The translations under genes were made by a program, and so were the position numbers. Source: Clostridiales bacterium (lineage in GTDB: Bacteria > Bacillota > Clostridia > Christensenellales > UBA1242). From it: a stretch of DNA of 64,000 bases. The notes under the pieces are model-generated. The model had not been told where the DNA came from. It worked only from the letters and a program-made list of their open reading frames with translations, and did not search any database. The stretch lies in assembly GCA_015055535.1 (NCBI GenBank), contig SVIA01000002.1, forward strand, positions 16,314-80,313. The letters run 5' to 3'. Each line of letters begins with the position of its first letter. Position 1 is the stretch's first letter. Below are positions 1 to 9,865 of the stretch, one piece after another.

Positions 1-1
1 T

Positions 2-3000
2 TTTGATGCATTAAACAAATTAAATGCTGCTGATATTTGTACACTACATAGTTTTTGTCAAAAATTAGTTAGAGAATATTACTATTTATTAAATATTGAG
101 CCAAATTTCGAAATAAGAGATGAAGCTTATATTCAATATCTAAAAAACCGCGCGATTAATGATACTATTAGAGATTATTTATTAAAAAATGATAAAGATT
201 TTATAAATGTTTCAAATTTATTTGTTTACAAAAGAGATTATACAACACTTAAAGAAGAAATTATTAAATTTTACGATTTTTTAACTAGTAAACTTAATAA
301 ATATGAGTTTTGCGATGAAATAATATCTGCAAATTATAATGTTAATTTAAATAAAAATCTTTTAATCAGTAAATTTAAAGATTATACTTTTGAAAAAATA
401 AATAATTTTAGAAATGAAATTTTTAGAATAAAGTTAGATGCTGAAAAAATTAATTCAGAAAAAATAATTAAACTTTGCGATGAATTTATTATTGATTTGT
501 TTAATGATATAAAAAATAATGAAGATTTTATAAGTTTTTATAAACAAAAAATTGATTTTCCGCAAATTAGATTAAAAAATAATGCCACTTATGAAGAAGT
601 TGAGTTAAAAGAAAAATTACAGTTAGTTTCTAAAAAAATAAAAAAATTTTTATCTTTAGTAAAAGAAGTTTTTGAATGTGAAAGCTTAGAAGATATAAAA
701 TTAGATTTAATAAATGGTAAACAAATTTTAAATAAATTTATTGAAATAGTAAAAAGCTTTGAAGAAAATTTTAAAAAGTTAAAACGAAATAATAATTGTT
801 TAGATTTTAATGATTTAGAAGAGTTAACTTTAAAAATATTAAATAATGAAAGAATTTTAGAAGAAATTTCGTGCAAATATAAATATATTTTTGTTGATGA
901 ATATCAAGATACTAATTTAGTACAAGAAGAAATTTTAAAATTGTTATCAAAACATTCAAAAAGAATAATGGTGGGAGATATTAAACAAAGTATTTATGCG
1001 TTTAGGCAATGTAATCCTAAAATATTTAGTGATAAATTAGAACGTTATTCAAAACTTGAAAATGGTAAAGTAATTTTATTAAATAAAAATTTCAGAAGTC
1101 ATAAAAATATTTTGGAGTTTTCAAATAATATTTTTTCCAATTTAATGAGAAAAGAAAATTGTGATTATAGTTATAAAGATAATGGAATGTTTGTTTTTGG
1201 ACGAGAAAGTGAAAATGAAAATATTATTAATAATGTTGAAGTTTTATGCGTAAATAAAAATGAAAGTGAAGATTATAAAAATTCAGAAAATCTTTTAATT
1301 TTAAATACAATAAATAATTTATTAACACAAAAAATAATAGAAAATGGTAATGAGAGAAATTTTACATTTAAAGATATTGCCATAATTTCAAGAAAACGAA
1401 ATGCTGAAATAATTAATCTATGTAAGTTGTTTGATGAGGTTAAAATTCCTTATAGTGTTAAGTATTATGATAAAATTTATACATCGTTTGAAATAAAACT
1501 TATAATTTCATATTTAAACCTTTTAAATAACCTAGATAATGATATTTGTTTGTATAGTGTTTTACGTAATATTTATGGTTTTAAGACAAATGAATTGATT
1601 ACCATAAAAAGTAATAGTTTAAAAAGTGCTATTGAAGAATATTCAAAAACAGATGTGATATATAGTAAAATTAAAGCATTTTTTGATGATTTTTATTATT
1701 TTAAACAAAAAATAGGCGAAATAAGTGTTAAACAATTGATTGAAGAAATTATTAACAAATTAAAATTGGAAATAATACTTAATAAAGAATTTGGGAAAAT
1801 TTCTAGCGAAAAATTAAATGTTTTTATAAAAAATATCCCATCAAATATTTATAGCTTAAGTGAATTTTTGTTATATTGTGATGATTTAGAAGATAAAAAA
1901 TTTGAAATTAAAAAAGTTGTTAGTGATAATTGTATTACAATTGATACTTTTCATAGTACAAAGGGATTAGAGTATAATGCTATAATTGTAATAAATGCGG
2001 GGGATAAAATATTTGCCAAGAATTCTTCGAATTTAATATATAATGCAAAATTTGGAATTGGAATTTTTAAATTTAATGAAGAAGAGAAAATTAAAGCTCC
2101 TAACATTGTATATTCAATTATTAACATACTAAACAAGCAAGAAGAGTTTAACGAAGAAGTTAGACTTAGTTATGTTGCGTTTACAAGGGCTAAAAATTAT
2201 TTAACAATAATTGGCTCAGAAAAAAAAGAAAATTTAATTCAAGAAGATAATTATCTTAATTTTTTAGATTTTACTAGCTATTTAAACTTAATTTGTTCTA
2301 AAAAATTTAATAATGATAATTTTAAATTTACATATTTAAATGGTAATGAAGAAATTTTTAAAACTGAGATAATTAATCAGAAAGATGATAATAATATAGT
2401 TTGTTTAGATTTCGAAAATTATAATAAAATTGTTAACAAAAAATATGATTATATTAATTCTACAACTGTACAGCTTAAAAATAGTGTAACTTCAATTTCT
2501 GATGAAGATAAATTTATTTATAATATTTCAAATTTTAAAATTACGGATAATGATAGTGAAGATTTTATTGAAATTGGTAACAGTTATCATTTGGTTTTAG
2601 AAAAACTCCCATTTAATTTAAATACAATAAAAGAAGTTAAAAATAAAATTATAAATTTGGTAGAAAATAAAATTATACCTGAAAATATATATAACTATAT
2701 TGAAGATGAAAAAGTTTTAAAAGCGTTAAAAACTGTATCTAAATTAATAGAAGAAAAAGACAAAGTTTTTAAAGAGCAAGTTTTTATGGTTTATATGCCA
2801 CATAATACAATTAAAAATTCAGATTTGAATGATAAAATTTTAGTACAAGGAATTATTGATATTTATATTGAAAAAGAAAATGAAATAATTTTAATTGATT
2901 ATAAAACTAGCAGATTAAATGATTTAAACCTAATTAATAAGTATAGTATACAGTTAAACTTATATGAAAAAGCTTTAAAAGAAAAATATAAAAATAAAAC

Positions 3001-3055
3001 TATAAAGAAATACATTTACTCGATTTTTTTAGATAAGTTAATTAATATTGTTTAA
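2..3055 (+). CDS. addA: ATP-dependent helicase/nuclease subunit A (AddA), 5'-truncated by the window edge
   Basis: The frame is open from position 2 with no stop before the listed start at 497, so the gene continues upstream of the window. UvrD/AddA motifs are present: TLHSFC, VDEYQDTN, GDIKQSIYAFRQ, FRSHKNIL, TFHSTKGLEYN and VAFTRAKNYL. The C-terminus has a PD-(D/E)XK nuclease signature (GIIDIYIE..IDYKT..QLNLYEKAL). Confidence 0.85.
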   Translation, partial: FDALNKLNAADICTLHSFCQKLVREYYYLLNIEPNFEIRDEAYIQYLKNRAINDTIRDYLLKNDKDFINVSNLFVYKRDYTTLKEEIIKFYDFLTSKLNKYEFCDEIISANYNVNLNKNLLISKFKDYTFEKINNFRNEIFRIKLDAEKINSEKIIKLCDEFIIDLFNDIKNNEDFISFYKQKIDFPQIRLKNNATYEEVELKEKLQLVSKKIKKFLSLVKEVFECESLEDIKLDLINGKQILNKFIEIVKSFEENFKKLKRNNNCLDFNDLEELTLKILNNERILEEISCKYKYIFVDEYQDTNLVQEEILKLLSKHSKRIMVGDIKQSIYAFRQCNPKIFSDKLERYSKLENGKVILLNKNFRSHKNILEFSNNIFSNLMRKENCDYSYKDNGMFVFGRESENENIINNVEVLCVNKNESEDYKNSENLLILNTINNLLTQKIIENGNERNFTFKDIAIISRKRNAEIINLCKLFDEVKIPYSVKYYDKIYTSFEIKLIISYLNLLNNLDNDICLYSVLRNIYGFKTNELITIKSNSLKSAIEEYSKTDVIYSKIKAFFDDFYYFKQKIGEISVKQLIEEIINKLKLEIILNKEFGKISSEKLNVFIKNIPSNIYSLSEFLLYCDDLEDKKFEIKKVVSDNCITIDTFHSTKGLEYNAIIVINAGDKIFAKNSSNLIYNAKFGIGIFKFNEEEKIKAPNIVYSIINILNKQEEFNEEVRLSYVAFTRAKNYLTIIGSEKKENLIQEDNYLNFLDFTSYLNLICSKKFNNDNFKFTYLNGNEEIFKTEIINQKDDNNIVCLDFENYNKIVNKKYDYINSTTVQLKNSVTSISDEDKFIYNISNFKITDNDSEDFIEIGNSYHLVLEKLPFNLNTIKEVKNKIINLVENKIIPENIYNYIEDEKVLKALKTVSKLIEEKDKVFKEQVFMVYMPHNTIKNSDLNDKILVQGIIDIYIEKENEIILIDYKTSRLNDLNLINKYSIQLNLYEKALKEKYKNKTIKKYIYSIFLDKLINIV

Positions 3056-3059
3056 TTGT

Positions 3060-3088
3060 TTGACAAAAAATTTTGAAAATTTTATAAT
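3060..3088 (+). promoter_or_regulatory. sigma-A type promoter for the 3119 gene
   Basis: TTGACA (3060-3065), 17 nt spacer, TATAAT (3083-3088). GAAAGGGG SD precedes the ATG at 3119. Confidence 0.6.
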
Positions 3089-3118
3089 ATTTAAAAAATA
3101 AGTTTGAAAGGGGATTTT

Positions 3119-5230
3119 ATGGGACTAATTTTAAATAGTAATGTTTGGGAAGTTATTGGAAATACTTTTGCTAATGTGTTTTCTCAAATTGGCCAAACTA
3201 TAAGCACAAATGCTTTTGTAGCAATTTTAACATTTGCAATTTTGTTAATTTTAATAGTTTATAGAACAATTAGAAACAATTATACTAGTGAAATTAAAAC
3301 ATATAAAGCTATTACTAGAATTAATGATTATCTTGCAACTAATCCGTTTATTACGGAAGAAAATTTGGTAGAATTCAATCGTTTGATGATGAAATGCCCT
3401 AAAACAATAAGATTTCAATGGCAAAGATACATAATTAATAGAAATAAAAAACCAAGTGATTTTTTAACTGAGGAAAATGTTATTGAAAGACCATTTAGAA
3501 CTAATAGTTATAAACAAGGTTTAAAAAGTTTTTCTTTAAGTGTTGGCATTTTATGTTTGTTTAGTGCTGTGTTTATGATTGCATCACATCTTACTCCAGA
3601 TGCTCAAGTTGGTAAAATGATTTTAAGTTTAGTAACTCCAGCTATTGCTTTATTTGTTGGTGGTATTTATACAGCTTTTAGTAGAGTTTTATATAATACT
3701 TTAATGAGTGATTTATATTTTAGCTTTACTAATTTTGAAAAAGGCATAGATAGAGCTGTTGCTAATATGCCTGAAGCTATTGACTATGAAATTATTTTTA
3801 CTCCAAAAGAAATTCAAAATGGTATTCCTGCACTTCAAGAATATTTAGAACAAAGAGCTTTATATGAACAAGAACAAATTAAAAGAGCTCAAGAAAGTGA
3901 AGTTAGACATGAAATTTATAATTTTGATGCTCTGGGCGTAAACGGAAGTTTAGTAATGCAAAGAGCTATTAAAGAAAGTGAAATTTATTTAGGCAATAAG
4001 AAAAGATTAGAAAATGAAATTGAAGTTCTTAATGCTGATAAAAATAATGAACAAAAGAAATTTGATGATGAAAATAGAATGCGTTTAAGAAACTTAAGAG
4101 ATATAAGAGAAACTATTTCTGGTTTAAAAAATAAAATTGAAATGGCTTCTAATGAAATTTCTAAAACAAATTATCGTCGTCAACAATCAGCTGAAGTTGA
4201 AAAAGAACAAAATTTAGAAAAAGAAATCAAAAAAGCAACTGATGAATTTAATAAGAAAGTATCAAAACTTGATAAAGAAATTGATGGAAAAAATCAAGAA
4301 ATTCAAGATTGTAAAAATTCAACTGAAAAAGCTTTAATAGATGAGTTTAAACATTTCTTTGAAAAAATTAATAAAGATTCTGAAAAATTTGCTAAAGAAA
4401 AAGTTGAAAATGAAATAAAATCTTTAGAAAGAGAAAGAGATGATTTAAATGCATTACTTGAAGAAAAAGACAAATTAATGGCAGAAAAATTGTCTTTATA
4501 TGAAGATAAAGTCGAATCTTTTGATGCAGTAACTTTAGAAAGTCAAGAAAGATTTAATGAAATAAGTGATTTAAAAGCACAACTTAATGAGTTAAATCAA
4601 GAAATAGATAATAAAAATCAAGAAATTTTTGAAGTAAAACAAGAATTAGAAAGTAGAAAAAGAGAAATATTAAAGAAAGACGAAACTATTGAAAATTATA
4701 AAAATAAAAATCAAGTAGAAGTTTATAGATATTTTGATGCAAATGGAACAGAATTCTATTTTGATGAAAATGATAACCCTTATTACTTAGATGAAGAAGG
4801 AAATCCTGTATATTATAATCAAGAACCACAAGAAAGTTTTGAAGAAAGTGTAGAAACAGTTGAAGAAGAATATACTGAAGAAACTTTGGGAGAAAATCCT
4901 GTTCAACCAGAACCAGTTGAAGAAGTGGTGGAAGAAAAACCTAAAAAAGCAAGAAAAAGCAAAAAAGCAAAAAAAGAAGTAGTTGAAGAAAGCGTAGTAG
5001 AAAATAAAGAAGATCAAGAAACTGTAGAAGAAGATGGATATGTTGGTATTCAAGAAACATTAAACAAACTAGCAAAAGCTGCTGAAGAAAAAATGCAAGC
5101 CGAAAAAACTAAAAAAGCAGCTGCTACTAAGAAATCAAGTAACAATAAATCAACTGCTAAAAAAGCAAGTGGTACACCAAAATCAACAGCTTCAAAAAAA
5201 TCAACAACTAAAAAAAAGAAAGCTGAATAA
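3119..5230 (+). CDS. hypothetical polytopic membrane protein with a long coiled-coil, an acidic region and a Lys/Ser/Thr-rich basic tail
   Basis: The ATG at 3119 has an SD; the listed TTG at 3104 has none. There are three hydrophobic segments: FVAILTFAILLILIVY, SLSVGILCLFSAVFMIA and LVTPAIALFVGGIYTAF. These are followed by ~350 aa of heptad-like E/K/N/L-rich sequence, then an E-rich stretch, then KKSSNNKSTAKKASGTPKSTASKKSTTKKKK. Confidence 0.6.
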   Translation: MGLILNSNVWEVIGNTFANVFSQIGQTISTNAFVAILTFAILLILIVYRTIRNNYTSEIKTYKAITRINDYLATNPFITEENLVEFNRLMMKCPKTIRFQWQRYIINRNKKPSDFLTEENVIERPFRTNSYKQGLKSFSLSVGILCLFSAVFMIASHLTPDAQVGKMILSLVTPAIALFVGGIYTAFSRVLYNTLMSDLYFSFTNFEKGIDRAVANMPEAIDYEIIFTPKEIQNGIPALQEYLEQRALYEQEQIKRAQESEVRHEIYNFDALGVNGSLVMQRAIKESEIYLGNKKRLENEIEVLNADKNNEQKKFDDENRMRLRNLRDIRETISGLKNKIEMASNEISKTNYRRQQSAEVEKEQNLEKEIKKATDEFNKKVSKLDKEIDGKNQEIQDCKNSTEKALIDEFKHFFEKINKDSEKFAKEKVENEIKSLERERDDLNALLEEKDKLMAEKLSLYEDKVESFDAVTLESQERFNEISDLKAQLNELNQEIDNKNQEIFEVKQELESRKREILKKDETIENYKNKNQVEVYRYFDANGTEFYFDENDNPYYLDEEGNPVYYNQEPQESFEESVETVEEEYTEETLGENPVQPEPVEEVVEEKPKKARKSKKAKKEVVEESVVENKEDQETVEEDGYVGIQETLNKLAKAAEEKMQAEKTKKAAATKKSSNNKSTAKKASGTPKSTASKKSTTKKKKAE

Positions 5231-5239
5231 TTAAAATTT

Positions 5240-5269
5240 AAGAGTTAGTTTAATCTAACTCTTTTTTTA
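5240..5269 (+). terminator. rho-independent terminator
   Basis: AAGAGTTAG / CTAACTCTT stem followed by a T-run, just after the stop at 5230. Confidence 0.6.
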
Positions 5270-5429
5270 TTTTAAAGTTTGTTTAAAAATATAATTGATA
5301 AAAAATGCAATAAATTTTTAAAATGAATTATTAAAAACTATAACTTGAATAATTTTCTAGTTATAAATACTGTTTTATTAATACAATAATTTAAAACTTG
5401 TGTTATAATGTTTGTGTTTTGGAGGAATT

Positions 5430-6491
5430 ATGCAAAATAGTTTTGGGAGTTTTTTAAAACAAAAAAGACAAGAAAAAAATTTAACACAAAAAAATCTTGC
5501 TAGTATGTTGTTTGTATCGGAATCGGCTGTAAGTAAATGGGAAAAAGATGTCGCACGTCCCGATATTATTTTAATACCAAAACTTTCTAAAATTTTAGAA
5601 GTTACTGAACACGAGCTTATTACAGCAAGTATAGATAAAAATGCTAGAGAAGAGAAAAAACAAGCAAAAAATTGGCGTACCTTTTCTATTGGCTATGATA
5701 TGTTTTTTTATATTATATATACTTTAGCGTTAGTTACTTGTTTTATTTGTAATTTAGCAATAGATAAAACATTGTCTTGGTTTTATGTAGTTTTATCGGC
5801 GCTAATATTGGCGTTTACATTTACAAACTTGCCAAAACTAATTAAAAGGCATAGGTTAGTGTTGCTTCCACTTTCAATGTTTTTGGCGCTGTGTTTGCTA
5901 TTAGGCGTTTGTGCTATACAAACAAGTGGCGATTGGTTTTTACTATCAACGTTGGCTGTTTTATTTGTTTTAATTGTTATTTTTATTCCAATTTATATTG
6001 CAAAATATAAAGTTTTTGAAAAAATTAAAAAATATAACGATTTTATATCGGTTTTTATAGATTTTATAATGCTAAATGTTTTATTAATAGTTATAGATTT
6101 TTATACTGTAATAAATTTTTATGCAGTAAACCATTGGTACTTTAATATTGCGTTACCAATTACTCTTTGTGTGTTTTTACTTTTAAATGTATTTTTATGT
6201 GTAAGATTTTTAAAAACCAATAAATTTATTAAAACAAGTGTTATTTTATTTTTAATTAATGCTTTATATATGTTGCCTTCATTTATTAAAGTAAAAAATA
6301 TTAAATTACAAAATGAAATAGATTCATTAAACATTTTTAAAGCCAATTTTTCTTATTGGCAAGCAGAAATTACATTAGAAAACAATGTTCACTTAATTAT
6401 ATTTTTAACCATTCTATTATTAGCACTTGTATTTTTACTTGTTGGTGTTATTTTACATAGAAAAAAATTTAAACAAAACAAAAATAGTTAA
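5430..6491 (+). CDS. XRE-family HTH protein fused to a multi-pass membrane domain
   Basis: GGAGG SD precedes the ATG at 5430. The N-terminus reads LKQKRQEKNLTQKNLASMLFVSESAVSKWEKD, a Cro/C1-type HTH. It is followed by about 8 hydrophobic helices. Confidence 0.7.
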   Translation: MQNSFGSFLKQKRQEKNLTQKNLASMLFVSESAVSKWEKDVARPDIILIPKLSKILEVTEHELITASIDKNAREEKKQAKNWRTFSIGYDMFFYIIYTLALVTCFICNLAIDKTLSWFYVVLSALILAFTFTNLPKLIKRHRLVLLPLSMFLALCLLLGVCAIQTSGDWFLLSTLAVLFVLIVIFIPIYIAKYKVFEKIKKYNDFISVFIDFIMLNVLLIVIDFYTVINFYAVNHWYFNIALPITLCVFLLLNVFLCVRFLKTNKFIKTSVILFLINALYMLPSFIKVKNIKLQNEIDSLNIFKANFSYWQAEITLENNVHLIIFLTILLLALVFLLVGVILHRKKFKQNKNS

Positions 6492-6498
6492 ACAAAAT

Positions 6499-6530
6499 AA
6501 AAAACACTTTAAAATAAAGTGTTTTTTTGT
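6499..6530. terminator. bidirectional terminator between convergent genes
   Basis: AAAAACACTTT..AAAGTGTTTTT hairpin flanked by an A-run and a T-run. Confidence 0.6.
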
Positions 6531-6548
6531 TTTATAAAATTATATAAT

Positions 6549-7196
6549 TTATTTTTCAATAGCACCGTGAGAAATGTTAATAACATTATCTACTTTTAAA
6601 AGTTTTGCCAAATATTCGTTTGATTTATCTAGATTATATATAATACTAGCTTCTTTATTATAATTATCACAAAATACTTTAGCTAATTTTTCATTGGTTG
6701 CTTTATCAAAACTAAATATATCATCTATTAAATAAATATCAGCGTCTCTTAAAATACTACGGGCAACATTAACAATTAATTTTTCTTCTTTGGTTAAAGT
6801 TTTAACTTTTCGTTCAGTTAATCCTTCAATTCCAAGATAATCTAACGCTCTGTTAATTTTTTGATTGATAAGTGTTTCAGAATAATTTCTAAGTTTTAAA
6901 GGATAAGCCAAGTTATAATAAACGTTTTTATTATTAAAAAATACAGGATTATTTGACAAATAAATCAAATTAACATCTTTTTTAAAATCTATATTTTTAA
7001 GATTAATTTTATTTAAATAAATTTCACCTTTATTAAAATTTTCTAATCCACAAATACACCTAATTAAACTTGTTTTTCCACTTTCATTATTTCCAACTAA
7101 TGCTATTGATTGTTTATCTTCAACAGTTAAATTAATATTACATAAAGCTGAATATTCTTTTATATAATTTAAATATAAATTTTTAACTTCAATCAT
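6549..7196 (-). CDS. stand-alone ABC-type ATPase with a degenerate signature motif
   Basis: Walker A is GNNESGKTS and Walker B is IYLIDD. LTKEEK stands where LSGGQ is expected. AGGAG SD is present. No permease gene is adjacent. Confidence 0.65.
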   Translation of the reverse strand: MIEVKNLYLNYIKEYSALCNINLTVEDKQSIALVGNNESGKTSLIRCICGLENFNKGEIYLNKINLKNIDFKKDVNLIYLSNNPVFFNNKNVYYNLAYPLKLRNYSETLINQKINRALDYLGIEGLTERKVKTLTKEEKLIVNVARSILRDADIYLIDDIFSFDKATNEKLAKVFCDNYNKEASIIYNLDKSNEYLAKLLKVDNVINISHGAIEK

Positions 7197-7390
7197 TTTA
7201 ACTCCTAATAAATTATTATTATATATAATACTATATTTTTATAAAAATTTCAAGGAAAAGCTATAAATTAATAATCAAATTAAAAATATTTAAAAAAAAA
7301 CTGGAAAAAATTGGAAAAACTTGGCACTAGAACTTTAAAAAATAAAAATTCTAATATATAATAAGGGCAGGAATTGACATTATGCATAAT

Positions 7391-7426
7391 GAAAAAAAAG
7401 AAAAAACACATTTTAAAAATGTGTTT
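7391..7426 (-). terminator. rho-independent terminator (minus strand) after the 7435-9096 gene
   Basis: AAACACAT / ATGTGTTT stem. A T-run follows on the minus strand. Confidence 0.55.
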
Positions 7427-7434
7427 AATATACT

Positions 7435-9096
7435 TTAAATTTTTTTACTCGAGCTTTGTTTTCTTTTTGTTAATTCCTTTTTAAATTTAATAATTAATAC
7501 GATTAGTATTAATATACTTATAATCATTAGAAAAATTGTTAGAGGAATATAATAAATTTCATCGTGATAAACAAATTTAGTTTCAACAAAACCTTTATAA
7601 ATGGTGTTATTTATTAATATTTCAACTTCAGTTAAATTATTGTAATTATTTATAACTTTTACTTTTGTTGTTTTATTAAAACTCATTATAATATTATCTT
7701 TATTTAAATTATCATATAAATTAATTTTTGTTTCTTCTCCAAATAATTTTAATTTAGCATTTGTATTAAAATATAAATTAACATAAGATAATTCGGTATT
7801 TAATACTTCTTCATTTAAAACATAAATGTAATTATTATCGAGTTTAATTTCTAAAAACAAACAATTATCTAATAATATTTCTCTTGTTACAGTATATTGT
7901 TCATTATAAATTAATTTGTTTTGCAAAGTATTTTCCAGCGTATTTGTAGGATATTTATAATAATTAATATCATTTCTAATTGGTAAAACAGTGTAGTTTG
8001 TATTTGTTAAAGTTTTATAGGTTAAAAACTTATTTTCTAAATAGCCAATAAATTGGGTGTTATTATTTAAATATAATACATAAGTAAAGTCTATACCAGC
8101 ATTTTGTATGCTAGCCAGTTTAATTATTTCATCTCCACTTTGTAATTTTAACAAACATTCATTAGAATATGGATTTTTTAATAAATTACAAGTATTATTA
8201 ATAGTAAATATATCTATTTGGCTTGTTAAAAGTTCAGGATTATTTATATCTACTGGGGGATCAAATGTTGAAATATCACTTGCGAAATTTTCACATACTG
8301 TTATTTTGTTATTTAAAAAATAATAAATTTTACCATTTTCTAAATTTATATTATATTCGCTTCCTTTGGGTAATTCTATACTTGCTATTTCTGATAAATT
8401 GGTGTTAAATTTTAAAATTTCATCATTACACACTAAATATATATAATTTAAAGCATCGCTAAAAATTTCATAACAATCTTTTTCTACAGTAATGTTAATA
8501 TTATTTATTGTTAAAGTATTGTTTTGCAATATTACAATTTCATTTAAATTATTTAAATATGAAATTTTACTATTAGATAATTGTAAATTGTTTTTAACTA
8601 TTTCAAAATTATCCATTGATGAATTGGCTTTTAAAATATATCCATGTGTTTCATCCACTAAGTAAACATTAGAATATATGTCTTCTGTAATATAAGTAAT
8701 ATTGCCTAACAATTCAAATGTTGTATTGTTTTTAATATGTTGAAATATTTTTATAAAATTAAAGTTGGAATCAAAAAATTGTAAACGATTTAAATTATCT
8801 AGCACTACAAATTCGCCATTTTTTAAAACTTTAAAAAATTTAATTTCAGTAAATTTACCATCGGTATTTCCGTATTCTCCATAAGTAGTTACTATGTTGT
8901 TATTAAAATGTTCAATTTTATTTGTTAATTTGTTTACAGTATAAAAATTTGTTTCATTATATATTTTATAATTAAAATAATTTGTTGTATTATAGTTATC
9001 TATAATTTGCTCTTCAGCAAAAAGTGGAGAATTAAAAGAAATTCCCCCTAAAAAGAGAAGACAAATAAATAAAATAATACCTAAAAATTTTCTCAT
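7435..9096 (-). CDS. membrane-anchored surface protein with possible NHL-type repeats and SH3b-like modules
   Basis: The likely start is the Met of MRKFLGIILFICLLFLGG (signal/anchor) at 9096. A segment reading GEYGNTDGKFTEIKFF..VVLDNLNRLQFFD looks NHL-like. Several ..GYLENKFL / ..GFVETKFV modules look SH3b-like. The C-terminus has a TM helix (IPLTIFLMIISILILIVLII) and a basic tail. A TGTTATAAT box lies 6 nt upstream of this ATG and there is no SD. Confidence 0.55.
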   Translation of the reverse strand: MRKFLGIILFICLLFLGGISFNSPLFAEEQIIDNYNTTNYFNYKIYNETNFYTVNKLTNKIEHFNNNIVTTYGEYGNTDGKFTEIKFFKVLKNGEFVVLDNLNRLQFFDSNFNFIKIFQHIKNNTTFELLGNITYITEDIYSNVYLVDETHGYILKANSSMDNFEIVKNNLQLSNSKISYLNNLNEIVILQNNTLTINNINITVEKDCYEIFSDALNYIYLVCNDEILKFNTNLSEIASIELPKGSEYNINLENGKIYYFLNNKITVCENFASDISTFDPPVDINNPELLTSQIDIFTINNTCNLLKNPYSNECLLKLQSGDEIIKLASIQNAGIDFTYVLYLNNNTQFIGYLENKFLTYKTLTNTNYTVLPIRNDINYYKYPTNTLENTLQNKLIYNEQYTVTREILLDNCLFLEIKLDNNYIYVLNEEVLNTELSYVNLYFNTNAKLKLFGEETKINLYDNLNKDNIIMSFNKTTKVKVINNYNNLTEVEILINNTIYKGFVETKFVYHDEIYYIPLTIFLMIISILILIVLIIKFKKELTKRKQSSSKKI

Positions 9097-9182
9097 ATTT
9101 GTATTATAACAAATTTTGAACAATTTGTATATAATTTTTTATATTTTGGCGAAAATTTACAAAAAACGCAAATTTTGCAATA

Positions 9183-9212
9183 TTTTGTAAAAAAATGTAT
9201 TTTTTTACAAAA
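9183..9212. promoter_or_regulatory. 13-bp-arm perfect inverted repeat (operator candidate) in a divergent promoter region
   Basis: TTTTGTAAAAAAA-TGTA-TTTTTTTACAAAA. A third TTTACAAAAAA half-site lies at 9157-9167. The repeat sits ~16-45 nt upstream of the -35 of the 9311 gene. Confidence 0.35.
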
Positions 9213-9227
9213 ATATGGCACAAAACT

Positions 9228-9257
9228 TTGACACTCTAAGAAATGTTAATTTATAAT
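9228..9257 (+). promoter_or_regulatory. sigma-A type promoter for the 9311 gene
   Basis: TTGACA (9228-9233), 18 nt spacer, TATAAT (9252-9257). Confidence 0.5.
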
Positions 9258-9310
9258 TAAAGCGTAATCGAATTAATTATTCTAATTATAATTACTATCT
9301 TGGAGGAAAT

Positions 9311-9865
9311 ATGAAGTTAAGAATTTGGAGTAAAACATTGTTAAATGTATATGGTTGTTTGTTTAGATTAACTAAAGAAATTGATAAAATAGTTTTGGGT
9401 TTTGGGTTAAATAGTGCTTTTTATAATGGAGTAAGTAAAACTTATAGGGATATAAATAAGATAATTGAACTTACTGATAGGAAAGTAACATTAATAAATA
9501 TAAAAGTTTTAATTGAGCGCTGTTTATCAAGTTTAGATGATGTTTCGTGTAAAATATTAACTTTAAAATTTGTAGATAAAGTGTCTAGCGAAACAATAAT
9601 TTCAACGCTTAATATTAAAAGAAGAACTTTTTTTAGAAAATACGTGCAAGCCATAAATAAATTTGCTAATCAACTTTTGGTTAATGGTTATGATAGCGAT
9701 GCTATGTTTAAACTGATTAAAGGAGAAACTTGGATTGAAGAAGTATACAGAACATATTTCGAAAAAGAAATTAGCAAAAAAGTAGAACCTGAAATTTCTA
9801 AATATAGTATATATAGTCTGGCAATTAATAACTTAAAAAAAGAAAAGTACATTTCAATTTGTTAA
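9311..9865 (+). CDS. sigma-70 region-4-like HTH protein, candidate phage late-gene activator (DUF1492/RinA/ArpU style)
   Basis: GGAGG SD. The segment LSSLDDVSCKILTLKFVDKVSSETIISTLNIKRRTFFRKYVQAINKFANQL matches the region-4 pattern (..r.iL.lRyi....eIa..l.is.rtv.r....Al.kf). It sits just upstream of the terminase cluster. Confidence 0.5.
   Translation: MKLRIWSKTLLNVYGCLFRLTKEIDKIVLGFGLNSAFYNGVSKTYRDINKIIELTDRKVTLINIKVLIERCLSSLDDVSCKILTLKFVDKVSSETIISTLNIKRRTFFRKYVQAINKFANQLLVNGYDSDAMFKLIKGETWIEEVYRTYFEKEISKKVEPEISKYSIYSLAINNLKKEKYISIC

Noticed and set aside
589-876. Antisense or embedded ORFs from the track (589-876, 1951-2136, 4787-5053, 6119-6346, 8108-8408, 9442-9654, 15951-16139, 18799-18996, 19270-19533, 21120-21302, 22098-22286, 24956-25171, 25580-25771, 26640-26846, 27130-27543, 30074-30319, 31205-31474, 32866-33147, 33382-33576, 35030-35230, 35482-35712, 37282-37497, 38125-38310, 39614-39805, 41749-41949, 42446-42691, 45072-45254, 47465-47698, 50399-51020)
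   Set aside because: All lie inside or opposite much longer ORFs that carry clear family motifs. They have no SD. They translate to Phe/Leu/Ile/Ser-rich low-complexity strings, as expected from the reverse strand of Lys/Asn/Glu-rich AT-rich genes. 24956-25171 also runs through the tRNA gene.
7301-7327. CTGGAAAAAA-TTGGAAAAAC-TTGGCAC: possible sigma-54 (-24 TGGCAC) promoter or short tandem repeat
   Set aside because: No TTGC -12 element lies at the correct spacing. The motif is on the + strand, while both flanking genes are on the - strand. The repetition is only 8-9 nt of low-complexity sequence.
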